61,308 nt of DNA from a virus, in the IMG/VR virus record IMGVR_UViG_3300010383_000012, one strand, 5' to 3'. Shown piece by piece: positions 50,409 to 59,472 of the stretch; position 1 is the stretch's first letter, and every line of letters begins with the position of its first letter. A program made the position numbers and the translations under genes. Below the pieces are notes generated by a model. It searched no databases. It had not been told where the DNA came from and worked only from the letters and a program-made list of their open reading frames with translations.

Positions 50409-52145
50409 ATGCGCCGTGTAGAAACGTACGTTGGCCAGCAGGTTTATGAGTGGCTTTTCTCGTCTCAAGCACAGCAGACGATGACCGCGATCGCGAAAGT
50501 TTGCGCTGCCATGCTGGGGACCTCGGTCACGGTGAATGGCCTGCCCTGCACGCCGACGACGCCAGCTTCGATGACCGTTCAGATCGGCGCCGGAGAGCTA
50601 TATCAGCTGCAAGCGCTCGAGGCGACGAACTGTGGCACGCTGCCGGCCGACACGTCGCATCAGATCCTCAAGCAGGGCATTCGGCTCGACACGTTCACGA
50701 CCGGCACTTTCGCCGCGCCGGTTACGAGCGGCCAGTCCATCAACTACCTCATCGAAGCCCAGTATCAAGACTCGGACATCAGCCTTGATCCCACGACCGG
50801 CAATTCGCCCGTCGTGCTCCAGTTCTACAACGCAGAGAATCCGGGCACACCGTGGTCAGGTCCGAACAACAGCGGCTCGACGAGCAACACCTTCCGCGAC
50901 GGCACAATCGCATACCAGATCAAAGCGGGCGTCGCGGCCACGACCGGTTCACAGGTCACGCCGACGCCCGACGCGGGTTGGACTGGTCTGTGGGTCATCA
51001 CGGTCCCCTTCGGCGCGACCTCCCTCACGAGCTCGAACATCGCTCAGTACACCGGCGCGCCAGTGCTGCCGAGCGGCATGCTTCAGTCGATCCTTACCAG
51101 CAACCTGACGTACGGCATCGACGGTGGGACAGCCAACGTGGTGCAGGCGACGTTCCCCATTCCTGTGACCTCGCTCACGGACGGGATGAACGTGTGGGTG
51201 AAGGTCAAGACCGCCAACACCGGCGCGACGACCTTCACTCCGAACCCGGGTGTCATCTCCGCGGCGCCGGTTGTCGGTAGCGCTCACGCGGCCCTGCAAG
51301 GTGGCGAACTAGCCGCGAACGGGCGCGCGAACCTTGTCTGGCGTCAGGACATATCGTCGTGGGTGCTCACCGAGTGCACCGGAGGCGCTATGCAGGTTGC
51401 CCCTGCCACGCAAAGCGAACATGCGATGCAGTTGGGTCAAGCGACGGGCAGATTATTGCGGACAAGTGTTTATACGAATGTCGGTGGGACTCAATACGTC
51501 TCGGTGAATGGAGCCGCCCCTACGACGACTGGCGCGACAACGTGGTCTGCGTTGTCATCCACCAACGTGGTCGAATACGAGGGGTGTGGTGACGGTGCTG
51601 GAAGTAGTGGAGCGGGCGGTCAGGGCGCATCGACTGTGGGCATTGGGGCATCCGGTGGCAGCGGCGCATGGGGGCGAGGCAGGCTCACATCAGGCTTCGG
51701 AGGCACTCAAACCATCACTGTGGGACCCGGCGGCACCGCGGGTACCGCTGCGCCGACAAATGGGGGCGGCGGAACTGGTACTTCCTTCGGCACCCTCGCG
51801 TCATGGCCTGGCGGTGCAGCGTCAACTTTTACAAACGGTGTGACGACTCCTGCAATTGTCGGTGCCGGCACAGGCGGCCCGGCACCGTCCGGATGTAACG
51901 TCTTCGGGAGCGCGGGAAATTCGGCCGAAGCGGGCATCTTCGCGTCCGTGTCCGTCGGCGTCAGCGGAAAAGGCGGCGATACGCCATATGGCGCAGGCGG
52001 CCCCTCAGTGGCCGCAGGGACCGCTGGTCAATCCGGCTCCGGGTATGGGTCGGGCGCGAGCGGTGCCGCGGTCGGCGGATCAGGTACGGGTCAGCCTGGC
52101 GCCGTTGGCCGCCCCGGAATCTTGATCGTTCGCGAATTCAGCTAG
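50409..52145 (+). CDS. Tail fibre protein 2 (glycine-rich C-terminal domain)
   Basis: 578 aa starting MRRVETYVGQQVYEWLFSS. The C-terminal Gly-rich region is GAGSSGAGGQGAS...GAVGRPGILIVREF. Confidence 0.55.
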   Translation: MRRVETYVGQQVYEWLFSSQAQQTMTAIAKVCAAMLGTSVTVNGLPCTPTTPASMTVQIGAGELYQLQALEATNCGTLPADTSHQILKQGIRLDTFTTGTFAAPVTSGQSINYLIEAQYQDSDISLDPTTGNSPVVLQFYNAENPGTPWSGPNNSGSTSNTFRDGTIAYQIKAGVAATTGSQVTPTPDAGWTGLWVITVPFGATSLTSSNIAQYTGAPVLPSGMLQSILTSNLTYGIDGGTANVVQATFPIPVTSLTDGMNVWVKVKTANTGATTFTPNPGVISAAPVVGSAHAALQGGELAANGRANLVWRQDISSWVLTECTGGAMQVAPATQSEHAMQLGQATGRLLRTSVYTNVGGTQYVSVNGAAPTTTGATTWSALSSTNVVEYEGCGDGAGSSGAGGQGASTVGIGASGGSGAWGRGRLTSGFGGTQTITVGPGGTAGTAAPTNGGGGTGTSFGTLASWPGGAASTFTNGVTTPAIVGAGTGGPAPSGCNVFGSAGNSAEAGIFASVSVGVSGKGGDTPYGAGGPSVAAGTAGQSGSGYGSGASGAAVGGSGTGQPGAVGRPGILIVREFS

Positions 52146-53002
52146 TGCATCGCCGATTGCAGCCGGTAGGCAACGAGCTCCGCGAGCACCTCATGTCCGA
52201 GGTCATTTGGATGTACGGCGTCCTGTGTGATGTCGATCGCATTGAGCGCGCCCGACTGTTCTTCCGGCAGTAGCGCGTTCCTCTCGCTGACGTATGGCAG
52301 ATTGAATTCCTGCATCACGGGTATGTGCCAGTCCTGCGCGTTGTGCCCGGACCGGTCCATCACGGCAAGCATGACGACGGCAGGATGAGATGGAGCATTG
52401 AGAATCTGCTGGACGAGGTCGCGGTAGCTCGCGGTGCTGTTGCTATCCCACTGGTCGTTGACGTCAAAATCGACCATGACGAGGTCCGGGCTGTAACGCA
52501 GGACATCGTTCTGCACGCGCTGCGCGCCGAACGCCGAGTCCGTCTGCCCGATCCCCGCGTTGATCAACGTCATCTTCGATTGAGGGAAGCTGGCTTGCCA
52601 CCAGCCAAAGACGCGGTTCACGTAGCAGTACTGCGGCTCGGTGCACCACGCGCCTTGCGTGACGCTGCCGCCTATCGCTGCAATGGTGATGGGTTGGCCA
52701 GCAGCGGCCTTCGCGAGCACGGCTTTTATGCGCGCGTCATCGCCATAGTTCACGACCGATCTGTTCAGGACAGCTGCGTCGACAATGCACGTTGGATTCG
52801 CCTTGGCGTCCGTGACATAGCAGGTCTGCGTGGATTTAGACGGTTGGGAGGTGGCCGTCGGCGCGGCAGCACTTTCGTTACCTCCGCTGCCTCCGCCGCC
52901 ACAGGCGCTCAGACCTGCCGTACAACCGAGCGCGGCGGCTACTGCCGCTGATCTCCAACGGGACCCGACAGGATGACGATCTTCGCTCCGACATCCCTGC
53001 AC
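52142..53002 (-). CDS. SGNH/GDSL-family esterase lipoprotein (start uncertain; GTG 53002 proposed)
   Basis: Lipobox AAALGCTAGLSAC. Block I is IGGSVTQG, block II is NAGIGQTDS, block III is DFDVND and block V is DAVHPN. The 392-aa track ORF is too long because it overlaps the HTH gene. Confidence 0.7.
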   Translation of the reverse strand: MQGCRSEDRHPVGSRWRSAAVAAALGCTAGLSACGGGGSGGNESAAAPTATSQPSKSTQTCYVTDAKANPTCIVDAAVLNRSVVNYGDDARIKAVLAKAAAGQPITIAAIGGSVTQGAWCTEPQYCYVNRVFGWWQASFPQSKMTLINAGIGQTDSAFGAQRVQNDVLRYSPDLVMVDFDVNDQWDSNSTASYRDLVQQILNAPSHPAVVMLAVMDRSGHNAQDWHIPVMQEFNLPYVSERNALLPEEQSGALNAIDITQDAVHPNDLGHEVLAELVAYRLQSAMH

Positions 53003-53229
53003 CAGTCGAAGACTTGCGCGACCGTTGCGCGTGCGCCGAGATATGTTGCTCCGGCCAGGAACAGCATGGCGAGACTCATTGGCCGAGGGTTGGATTCGAG
53101 GCAGTACTTGTGCCACTGCTGCGAGCTGGCCAGCCCGAACAGATCCGCCATCTGCTGGCCGGACAGCTTCAGGCGCGTCTTCAGCTCGCGCAGGTGGCGC
53201 GGCGACGGCGGTTCGTACGAGATTGCCAT
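52939..53229 (-). CDS. HTH (XRE-like) DNA-binding protein
   Basis: LRELKTRLKLSGQQMADLFGLASSQQWHKY. 96 aa, upstream of and overlapping the esterase gene. Confidence 0.55.
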   Translation of the reverse strand: MAISYEPPSPRHLRELKTRLKLSGQQMADLFGLASSQQWHKYCLESNPRPMSLAMLFLAGATYLGARATVAQVFDWCRDVGAKIVILSGPVGDQRQ

Positions 53230-53368
53230 GGGCGAGTATGCGCAGCACGCGCGCGCGAAATGAGGTCTTCATGATCATCATCCTTTCGGAGTAGCGGGCT
53301 ATCGCGGTACGCGCGCCCAACGGATCGAAGAATAGTTCCCAAAGGGAACAAAGTCAAGAGCAACCATC

Positions 53369-53390
53369 AGCCGCCTCCGGGCGGCTTTTC
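53369..53390 (+). terminator. Intrinsic terminator-like hairpin upstream of the lysis genes
   Basis: AGCCGCC-TCCG-GGCGGCT followed by TTTC. Confidence 0.55.
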
Positions 53391-53406
53391 TATTGACGGG
53401 GCATCA

Positions 53407-53793
53407 ATGAGAGAACAGGACCAATCGGGCATCACGGAAGACGAACTGGAGTCCCTGACTACCGACGACAAACGCTGGAAAGACGTCGGTAAGCAGTTCG
53501 CCGCGATGAACATCCGGCTGAGCAATCAGGACGTCGTGATTGAAAGCACGGCTGCCGCAGTGAAGCAGATCGCCGAGGACACGAAGGCAATGCGTGATGC
53601 CTGGAATGACGGCGTCGCGGTCAAGCGCTTCTTTTGCCGGTTGGCCGAGGCGTGGAAGTTCATGCTGAAGCAGGTCTTCTTTCCGTTCGGCGTGCCTCTG
53701 CTCGCGCTGTATGGCATCTGGTACTACTCGCAGTTCCACCGCTTTCCGACGTGGCTTGGTGACTGCTTCAAATTCCTGATGGCGGTCTTATGA
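53407..53793 (+). CDS. Putative holin
   Basis: 128 aa, immediately upstream of the endolysin gene. The C-terminal hydrophobic segment is VFFPFGVPLLALYGIWYY. Confidence 0.4.
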   Translation: MREQDQSGITEDELESLTTDDKRWKDVGKQFAAMNIRLSNQDVVIESTAAAVKQIAEDTKAMRDAWNDGVAVKRFFCRLAEAWKFMLKQVFFPFGVPLLALYGIWYYSQFHRFPTWLGDCFKFLMAVL

Positions 53794-54242
53794 ACGTCGC
53801 CCTTCTCGAGGCTGAATTGCGGCGCGACGAAGGCGTGCGCAATCGCCCGTATCTCGACACCGCGAAGCCGCCGAAGTGGACCGTCGGCGTCGGCCACAAC
53901 CTGAGTGCATCGCCGCTGCCTGCCGGCTGGACTTACCCGCTCACGCCCGCGCAGATAACGCAGCTGCTCAGCATGGATATAGCGGACACGCTCCACCAGC
54001 TCGATGTGCATCTCCCGTGGTGGCGCAAGCTCGACGAGGTTCGTCAGCGCGTGGTCGCCAACATGTGCTTCAACCTCGGCATCGACAAGCTATTGGGCTT
54101 CAAGAATGCCCTTGCGGCAATGGCCAAGGGCACCTACTCGACGGCCTCCGCGGAGATGAAGGACTCGAAGTGGTTTAGGCAAGTGGGCGATCGCGCTGTG
54201 CGCCTGTGTGCTGCCATGGAAACAGGAGTGATGCCGTCATGA
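53790..54242 (+). CDS. Endolysin (GH24 T4-type lysozyme)
   Basis: LRRDEGVRNRPYLDTAKPPKWTVGVGHNL contains the catalytic E/D/T triad pattern. Confidence 0.85.
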   Translation: MNVALLEAELRRDEGVRNRPYLDTAKPPKWTVGVGHNLSASPLPAGWTYPLTPAQITQLLSMDIADTLHQLDVHLPWWRKLDEVRQRVVANMCFNLGIDKLLGFKNALAAMAKGTYSTASAEMKDSKWFRQVGDRAVRLCAAMETGVMPS

Positions 54243-54622
54243 GTAAAGCCAAGATAGTCCGCGACTCCGAAGGCCTGTTTTACGGCATCAAATGGTATTG
54301 CCCTGGCTGCGACGCGAACACGCGCGGTACCGGCTTGCATGTGCTGCCCGTGCACTGGCTACCGCCGGGTGAGAACCGTGAGTCTCCGCTCGTGGCAGGA
54401 AAGCCCCACTGGTCGTTTAACGGCAGTATGGAAGCGCCGGTGTTCGGTCCGAGCGTGCTTAGCAGCTGGGACGAATGGCAAGGCGACGGTGTCCCGCCGA
54501 AGAAACATGTCTGTCATTCGTTCGTCGGTTGCAACGGAGCTGCGCCCGGTCAAATCGTCTTTCTGGGTGATTGCACACACGATCTCGCCGGCAAGACCGT
54601 CGACCTGCCTGAAGTCCTCTAA
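54239..54622 (+). CDS. Hypothetical Cys/His-rich protein (DUF6527-like)
   Basis: CPGC...HVLPV...WSFNGSMEAPVFGPSV...CHSFVGCNGAAPGQIVFLGDCTHDLAG. Confidence 0.45.
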   Translation: MSKAKIVRDSEGLFYGIKWYCPGCDANTRGTGLHVLPVHWLPPGENRESPLVAGKPHWSFNGSMEAPVFGPSVLSSWDEWQGDGVPPKKHVCHSFVGCNGAAPGQIVFLGDCTHDLAGKTVDLPEVL

Positions 54623-54698
54623 GTCATTGATTTCCCTCCAAAGCTCGAATCCGAGTTTTGGCGACCAGCCGCCTCGAGCGGATTTTTCGTTTACTCCC

Positions 54699-55283
54699 AT
54701 GACCGAAAAAGCACCTGCCATCGCCGGCGAGCACGCCGTGCGCGTCACGGATGTCGAGCTGGAGTATTACCCCGACCATGCGCCGCGCGCCGAGTCGCCA
54801 ACGTTTCGGCACACCAAGCAACTCGGCCACAAGGCCGGGTTGCGTTGCGCGGTCAGCGGCCGGCCGGCTCCCGAATACCACCATCTGTGGATCGAATGGG
54901 CCGACGCGGATGCCGTCGACTGGACCATCGTCAAGGCAATCGCCCTTGGCGAAATCACCGAGGTGCCCGTGCTCGATCCGGTGACGGACCAGCCGAGCGG
55001 CGAGACCTTCCCCGTCGAGATGTCAGCGATCTGGATGATCTGCCGCATCACGGCGGTGCTCGGCTTCGACTGGCGCGCGTTCGACCCGGCCGCGCCCGAA
55101 ACCTTCATTGACAGCCCGCAAAACATGCTGCCGCTCGACGCGAAATTCCATCGCTCGCCGATGCACGGCATTCATCACCGGTCATTTCCCACCTTCGTGT
55201 TCCAGTCCTACCCGCGTCGCGCGGGCTTTGTTTTTTCACCGGACGAGATCGTCCCAACCCTGAAGGAATCGCCATGCCTGTGA
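54699..55283 (+). CDS. Hypothetical HNH-like (beta-beta-alpha-metal) protein
   Basis: CAVSGRPAPEYHHLWIEWA and NMLPLDAKFHRSPMHGIHH. 194 aa. Confidence 0.4.
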   Translation: MTEKAPAIAGEHAVRVTDVELEYYPDHAPRAESPTFRHTKQLGHKAGLRCAVSGRPAPEYHHLWIEWADADAVDWTIVKAIALGEITEVPVLDPVTDQPSGETFPVEMSAIWMICRITAVLGFDWRAFDPAAPETFIDSPQNMLPLDAKFHRSPMHGIHHRSFPTFVFQSYPRRAGFVFSPDEIVPTLKESPCL

Positions 55284-55495
55284 AATCCAGCCTTGTTAGC
55301 GGCGGCATCACCCTAGGTGTCACCGAACTCGTGCCCGCCGTCGACTGGGTACTCGGCGGCTGCCGCGGCCCGGTGCCGACCAGCGTCTCGTCGTTGATCG
55401 CTACGGCGATTGTCGCTGGCTTGCACGCCGCGTATAACGCGCTCGCCGCGCGCGCTGCGTCGAAGCAAAGCGCGCTGCCCGCCGCGCAGCAGTAA
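55274..55495 (+). CDS. Small membrane protein (73 aa)
   Basis: Two hydrophobic segments, GGITLGVTELVPAVDWVLGG and SSLIATAIVAGLHAAY. It overlaps the upstream gene. Confidence 0.45.
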   Translation: MPVKSSLVSGGITLGVTELVPAVDWVLGGCRGPVPTSVSSLIATAIVAGLHAAYNALAARAASKQSALPAAQQ

Positions 55496-55535
55496 CCCAC
55501 CGCCGCGCCCGCGGCACAACTCCGAAGGAACCACC

Positions 55536-56003
55536 ATGAAACGTATGCTGCTCATCGCGGCAGGCCTCGCCCTGCCCGCTTGTTTTGCAATGCTGGCCGC
55601 CTGCAACTCGCTGCCCACCGTCCAGCAGCAATTCCAGACCGGCTGCGCGATCGTCAACGGCGACCTCGAAATCATCGCCGCTTCGCCGCTGCTCAACGCC
55701 GATCAACAGGCGAAGATCACCAAGATGATCCTCCCCGCCAACCAGGCAATCTGCAAGGCTGGCGCAACGCTGAATGTTGCCGATCTGAAGCAGTTCCACG
55801 ATTCGCTGCTGCCTGCGGCAATTGCCATCGTTAAGGGTGCGCCTGCGATCCCGGATCAGCAGGCGATTCTGCTCGGGCTCCAAACGTTCGGCCCGATGGT
55901 TCAGGCGCTGATCGACCAGATCATTACGGCGACGACGGCCGCGACCGAAGCCGCAGCGCCAGCCCCCGCATCAACGCCGCTGGCGGGAGCGCCACTGCAA
56001 TGA
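55536..56003 (+). CDS. Lipoprotein (155 aa)
   Basis: MKRMLLIAAGLALPACFAMLAAC contains a lipobox. GAAGGAA RBS. ATGA overlap with the patatin gene. Confidence 0.6.
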   Translation: MKRMLLIAAGLALPACFAMLAACNSLPTVQQQFQTGCAIVNGDLEIIAASPLLNADQQAKITKMILPANQAICKAGATLNVADLKQFHDSLLPAAIAIVKGAPAIPDQQAILLGLQTFGPMVQALIDQIITATTAATEAAAPAPASTPLAGAPLQ

Positions 56004-56815
56004 AGCCCATCCGAGTCGCTTTCTCCGGCTCGGGCTTCAAGGTGCCGGCTCACGTCGGCGCCTTGCAAGCGATCGCCGACGCTGGCTATCAGCCGGTCGA
56101 ACTGGCCGGCACCTCAGGCGGCAGCATCTGCGCGGCGCTGTTCGCCGCAGGCATGCCGCTCTCGGACATGAAAACCCTCGCGCTCACGCACGACTGGTCG
56201 GACATGATGTCCTTCAGTCCGCTCGCCGCGTTGCGCATGCGCGGGTTCTGCGATGGCAAGAACCTGCTGGCGTGGATGACCGAGCACACCGGCGGCAAGA
56301 CTTTCGCGGATCTGTCCGTGGACCTGACGGCCGTGGCGTCGAACATCGTGAACGAAGGAGCATTCGACTTCTCGCGCGCGCAGACGCCCGACGTGCCGGT
56401 CGCGCTCGCCGTGCGATCATCGACGTCGATTCCCTTCGTGTTCGAACCCGTTGCGGTCGCCGGCGCGTTGCTGTCGGACGGCGGCATGGTGAACAACATA
56501 CCGGTCGATCGTCTGAAGGCGGACGCGGTGCCGCGGCTCGGCGTGCAGCTCGTGAGCATGGAACTGCCGCTCAAGCCAAAAGCGCGGCTGTGGCCGCACC
56601 AGTTCGCGATGCGCCTCATCGACCTGATGCTCTCGGCCTGCGAATCGACGCACGTCAGTGCGGCGCAGGCGGCCGGCGCGCGCATGGCATTCGTGGAGAC
56701 GGGATATGCTTCGACGCTCGACCGCAACATGCCGACCGAGATCCGGCAGCGCCTGTTCGACGACGGTTATGCTGCGACGAAGAAAGCCCTCGCGCTGACG
56801 GCGGTGACGGTGTGA
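56000..56815 (+). CDS. Patatin-like phospholipase
   Basis: The oxyanion region is FSGSGFKVPAHVG, the nucleophile elbow is GTSGG and the catalytic Asp is in SDGGMVNNIPV. Confidence 0.85.
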   Translation: MKPIRVAFSGSGFKVPAHVGALQAIADAGYQPVELAGTSGGSICAALFAAGMPLSDMKTLALTHDWSDMMSFSPLAALRMRGFCDGKNLLAWMTEHTGGKTFADLSVDLTAVASNIVNEGAFDFSRAQTPDVPVALAVRSSTSIPFVFEPVAVAGALLSDGGMVNNIPVDRLKADAVPRLGVQLVSMELPLKPKARLWPHQFAMRLIDLMLSACESTHVSAAQAAGARMAFVETGYASTLDRNMPTEIRQRLFDDGYAATKKALALTAVTV

Positions 56816-56893
56816 AAGTGGACTGCCTGAGAATGGGAATATTAGAAAGTTTCTAATATTCGAGCGTCCGTGATGAAAAAACAGGCACCAACG

Positions 56894-56926
56894 AAAAAGC
56901 CGCAACGCCTTACGGCGTGCGGCTTT
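56894..56926. terminator. Bidirectional terminator hairpin next to the attP core
   Basis: A5-GCCGCAACGCC-TTAC-GGCGTGCGGC-TTT. On the minus strand it follows the tRNA 3' end and precedes a T5 run. Confidence 0.7.
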
Positions 56927-56930
56927 GATC

Positions 56931-56976
<46 letters not shown>

Positions 56977-57108
56977 ACACCCACGCCGACACCCTTTAAC
57001 GCAATTAAATCAATCAGTTGCAAGACGGCTTTCTAATTGGTTGACTGAGTTTTGGGCACTATCAGGCGGCCTTTTGCGTGATGTTTATGCCGTCTTATTA
57101 GAAGCTTT

Positions 57109-58239
57109 TCAGGCCGATCTTCGCGCGGGAAGCGCCAGCCGAACGTTGGAAACCTTCACCTCCCGCGACTTGATATAACCCTCGGTGGTCGCGCGGTCGG
57201 TATGGGCCCCGGCCACCTGCAGCTCGTCGATGTCATACCCCGCCTTCTTCGCATCGGTCAGCGCTTTCGCGCGGATGTCCTTGATGGTGTACGGCGCATC
57301 CTTCAGTCCGCACCTTTCCATCGCCCCTTCCCACGCGTCGCGGACCGACTGATCTGTCTTCGGCTTGCCGTGCCTGTCACGAATGACATACGTCTGGCCG
57401 AAGGCCGGGTCGAGTTTGCGCGCGCGCTCGAGCACCGCGTCGATCTCCGGCGTTATCGGCCAATCCACCATCTCTCCACTGGAGTCCTCGGTCTTGGACG
57501 GCAGGAAGTGAAGCACGCCCGCGTCGCGGTCAACGTAGCTGCTGCTGAACCGGTCTTTTTCATCCACGGTCCAGCGAAGGTTCCGGATTTCGGTCGATCG
57601 CTGCGCAGTCAGGTAACAAAGGTCGATAAAGCACTGCATCATCGGGCCCGTCAGCACTTTGGATTGCCTTCCCGTCTTCGGGTGAGGCTTCGACAGCATG
57701 AGCGCATCGCGGATCGCGAGGAACGCCGAATCGGGTATGTAGACGGTGCGCGACTTTGGCTTCTTAACCTTCACCTCGCGGGCCGGGTTCACCGAAACGA
57801 GCTTCTTCTTGCGGATGATCCAGTTAAAGAACTTTGACACCCATGCTTTCATGGCCTTTTGCGTCGATAGTTTGTCGGGCCACTCGTCGGTTAGAAAGTC
57901 CTCAACGGCGCTCGCATCGAGCAGTTCGACATTCCAGTCGCGGAAGTAACTCGCGACGACTTCTCCGCGGCGCACCCATTCATCGCGAAACGACTCGGCA
58001 TAGCCGCCCTTGTGCAGATCGACGAACTCGCGCACGAGCCGCGGCAGATTTCCGGTGCCCAGTGACGGCTCAAATTTGCGCTTTTCCTCGGCGAGGCGCT
58101 CGAACATGCGGCGGTCGCCCTCGTCGGTGCGCGATAGCTTGATCCACTTGTTGTCGTGGCGCACCCAGTAATAGGCTCCCGATTTGACATACACGCGACT
58201 CGGCAGACCATCTGGGCGCGCGCGGCGTCGCGCATTCAT
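57109..58239 (-). CDS. int: Tyrosine integrase
   Basis: 376 aa. Contains LTAQRSTEIRNLRW (Arg), IKDIRAKALTD and AGAHTDRATTEGYI (His..Arg..Tyr). It is adjacent to attP. Confidence 0.9.
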   Translation of the reverse strand: MNARRRARPDGLPSRVYVKSGAYYWVRHDNKWIKLSRTDEGDRRMFERLAEEKRKFEPSLGTGNLPRLVREFVDLHKGGYAESFRDEWVRRGEVVASYFRDWNVELLDASAVEDFLTDEWPDKLSTQKAMKAWVSKFFNWIIRKKKLVSVNPAREVKVKKPKSRTVYIPDSAFLAIRDALMLSKPHPKTGRQSKVLTGPMMQCFIDLCYLTAQRSTEIRNLRWTVDEKDRFSSSYVDRDAGVLHFLPSKTEDSSGEMVDWPITPEIDAVLERARKLDPAFGQTYVIRDRHGKPKTDQSVRDAWEGAMERCGLKDAPYTIKDIRAKALTDAKKAGYDIDELQVAGAHTDRATTEGYIKSREVKVSNVRLALPARRSA

Positions 58240-58487
58240 GCTGCAGCCTTCCTCATCGAATAGACGGGCGGCCGCAGTGATGCCGCGCCCGGCGCGGCGT
58301 CTGTCATCAGACCGGCCTTCCGCGCCTGCAGCGCTTCGAAAGTCGCCCAGGTGAGAACGATTGTACCGTCACCCCGAAGGACCGGATCAATGCCGAATTG
58401 CCGCTTGAACCACCGCACCTGCGCCGAGCTGCGCTTCTTGTGCGTCACTTCCTCCAGATCCCGCTCGGACATAAGTCTCGTGTCCAT
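58236..58487 (-). CDS. DUF4224 / excisionase-like protein
   Basis: MDTRLMSERDLEEVTHKKRSSAQVRWFKRQFGIDPVLRGDGTIVL. ATGA overlap with the int start. Confidence 0.5.
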   Translation of the reverse strand: MDTRLMSERDLEEVTHKKRSSAQVRWFKRQFGIDPVLRGDGTIVLTWATFEALQARKAGLMTDAAPGAASLRPPVYSMRKAAA

Positions 58488-58489
58488 AG

Positions 58490-59023
58490 TCACTCCATAA
58501 CGAAAGGCTGCGGCCGCGTGCTCGCGGCGATGTACAGAGGGTGCTTTGGGCTGCCGTCCTTGTTGAGGCCGAGGTGATAAAGCTTGTTGCGCATGCCTAC
58601 TATTCGGATGATGTGCATGACTTCTGCCACGCGCGGCGCAGCAGCTGGGTGCGCGCCCCAAGCGCAAATGACCGTGTGCGATCGCTCGATGGCGTCGAGA
58701 ATGGCTCCTTCAGAGGGTCCACTGCCACGCTTCGGTCCGACCGGCTCCGGATGCGTCAACAGTTCATTCGGGTCCGTTGCGCGCAATGGGAACAGGTTGA
58801 CGACGTCAAGCCGCCCGAACTTGCCTGCGACCGCGCGCGACATGCAGCGTGTGATCGTAGCGTCGTCGGTCAGGTGATCCGCCGTGCTGGGGTTCAGCAT
58901 CAGGAATGCAAGCGTGGGTCGCGTGCGGTCCCATTCGCGCCACAGGCGGTATCGGTAGGTGCCGCAGTCGCTGAGAACGCAGCCGCGCTCGCCGGCGAGA
59001 TCGATGTCGGTCAGGTATTGCAT
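58490..59023 (-). CDS. DUF1643 domain protein
   Basis: YRYRLWREWD...LAFLMLNPSTAD...VVNLFPLRATDP...VICAWG...GSPKHPLY. Confidence 0.7.
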   Translation of the reverse strand: MQYLTDIDLAGERGCVLSDCGTYRYRLWREWDRTRPTLAFLMLNPSTADHLTDDATITRCMSRAVAGKFGRLDVVNLFPLRATDPNELLTHPEPVGPKRGSGPSEGAILDAIERSHTVICAWGAHPAAAPRVAEVMHIIRIVGMRNKLYHLGLNKDGSPKHPLYIAASTRPQPFVME

Positions 59024-59472
59024 GCTGACACCTCGTCCGGCACTTCGTCGCCGTAGTGGCTCGCCACCTTAGCGCGCATCGCGGCGATCAGCGGCGTCTC
59101 GCCGGCGCCGCGCCCGACGCCCCCGATGCCGGCCACCTTCGCGAATTCGCTGCTCGGCGGCAGTGTCCGCGTGCGGGCCGATACCGTCGCGCGCCAATGG
59201 TCGTAGCGGCGCCAGCCGTGGTTCGGCCCACCGTTGTAATGCACATCGCTTGGCGGCTGCAGATAGATCTGGTCGCGTTCAACGATCGGTCCGCCGGCGC
59301 ACCAACTGGTCGAGTAAGGCGGGCATTCCTGCACGCTGTAGCCGCGGACCAGCTGCAACCAGTAGCGGCCGGTATCCTCGTGCGGGTCTGGATGCTCCGG
59401 CGCACGCTTATAGCCTTCGCAAATGGCGACCCACAGATCGAGCAGGCCCCCAGTCAGTTCGTTCACCTTCAC
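59011..59472 (-). CDS. DUF2591-like phage protein
   Basis: The N-terminus MKVNELTGGLLDLWVAICEGY is typical of the family. Confidence 0.5.
   Translation of the reverse strand: MKVNELTGGLLDLWVAICEGYKRAPEHPDPHEDTGRYWLQLVRGYSVQECPPYSTSWCAGGPIVERDQIYLQPPSDVHYNGGPNHGWRRYDHWRATVSARTRTLPPSSEFAKVAGIGGVGRGAGETPLIAAMRAKVASHYGDEVPDEVSACNT

Noticed and set aside
53003-53320. N-terminal third of the 392-aa ORF 52142..53320
   Set aside because: It overlaps the HTH gene (52939-53229) in another frame. The SGNH protein has its own lipoprotein signal starting near 53002.
56000-56815. Patatin as a CBASS effector
   Set aside because: No CD-NTase/cyclase, E1/E2/JAB accessory genes or other known sensor lies in the neighbourhood. 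It is kept as an orphan patatin operon.
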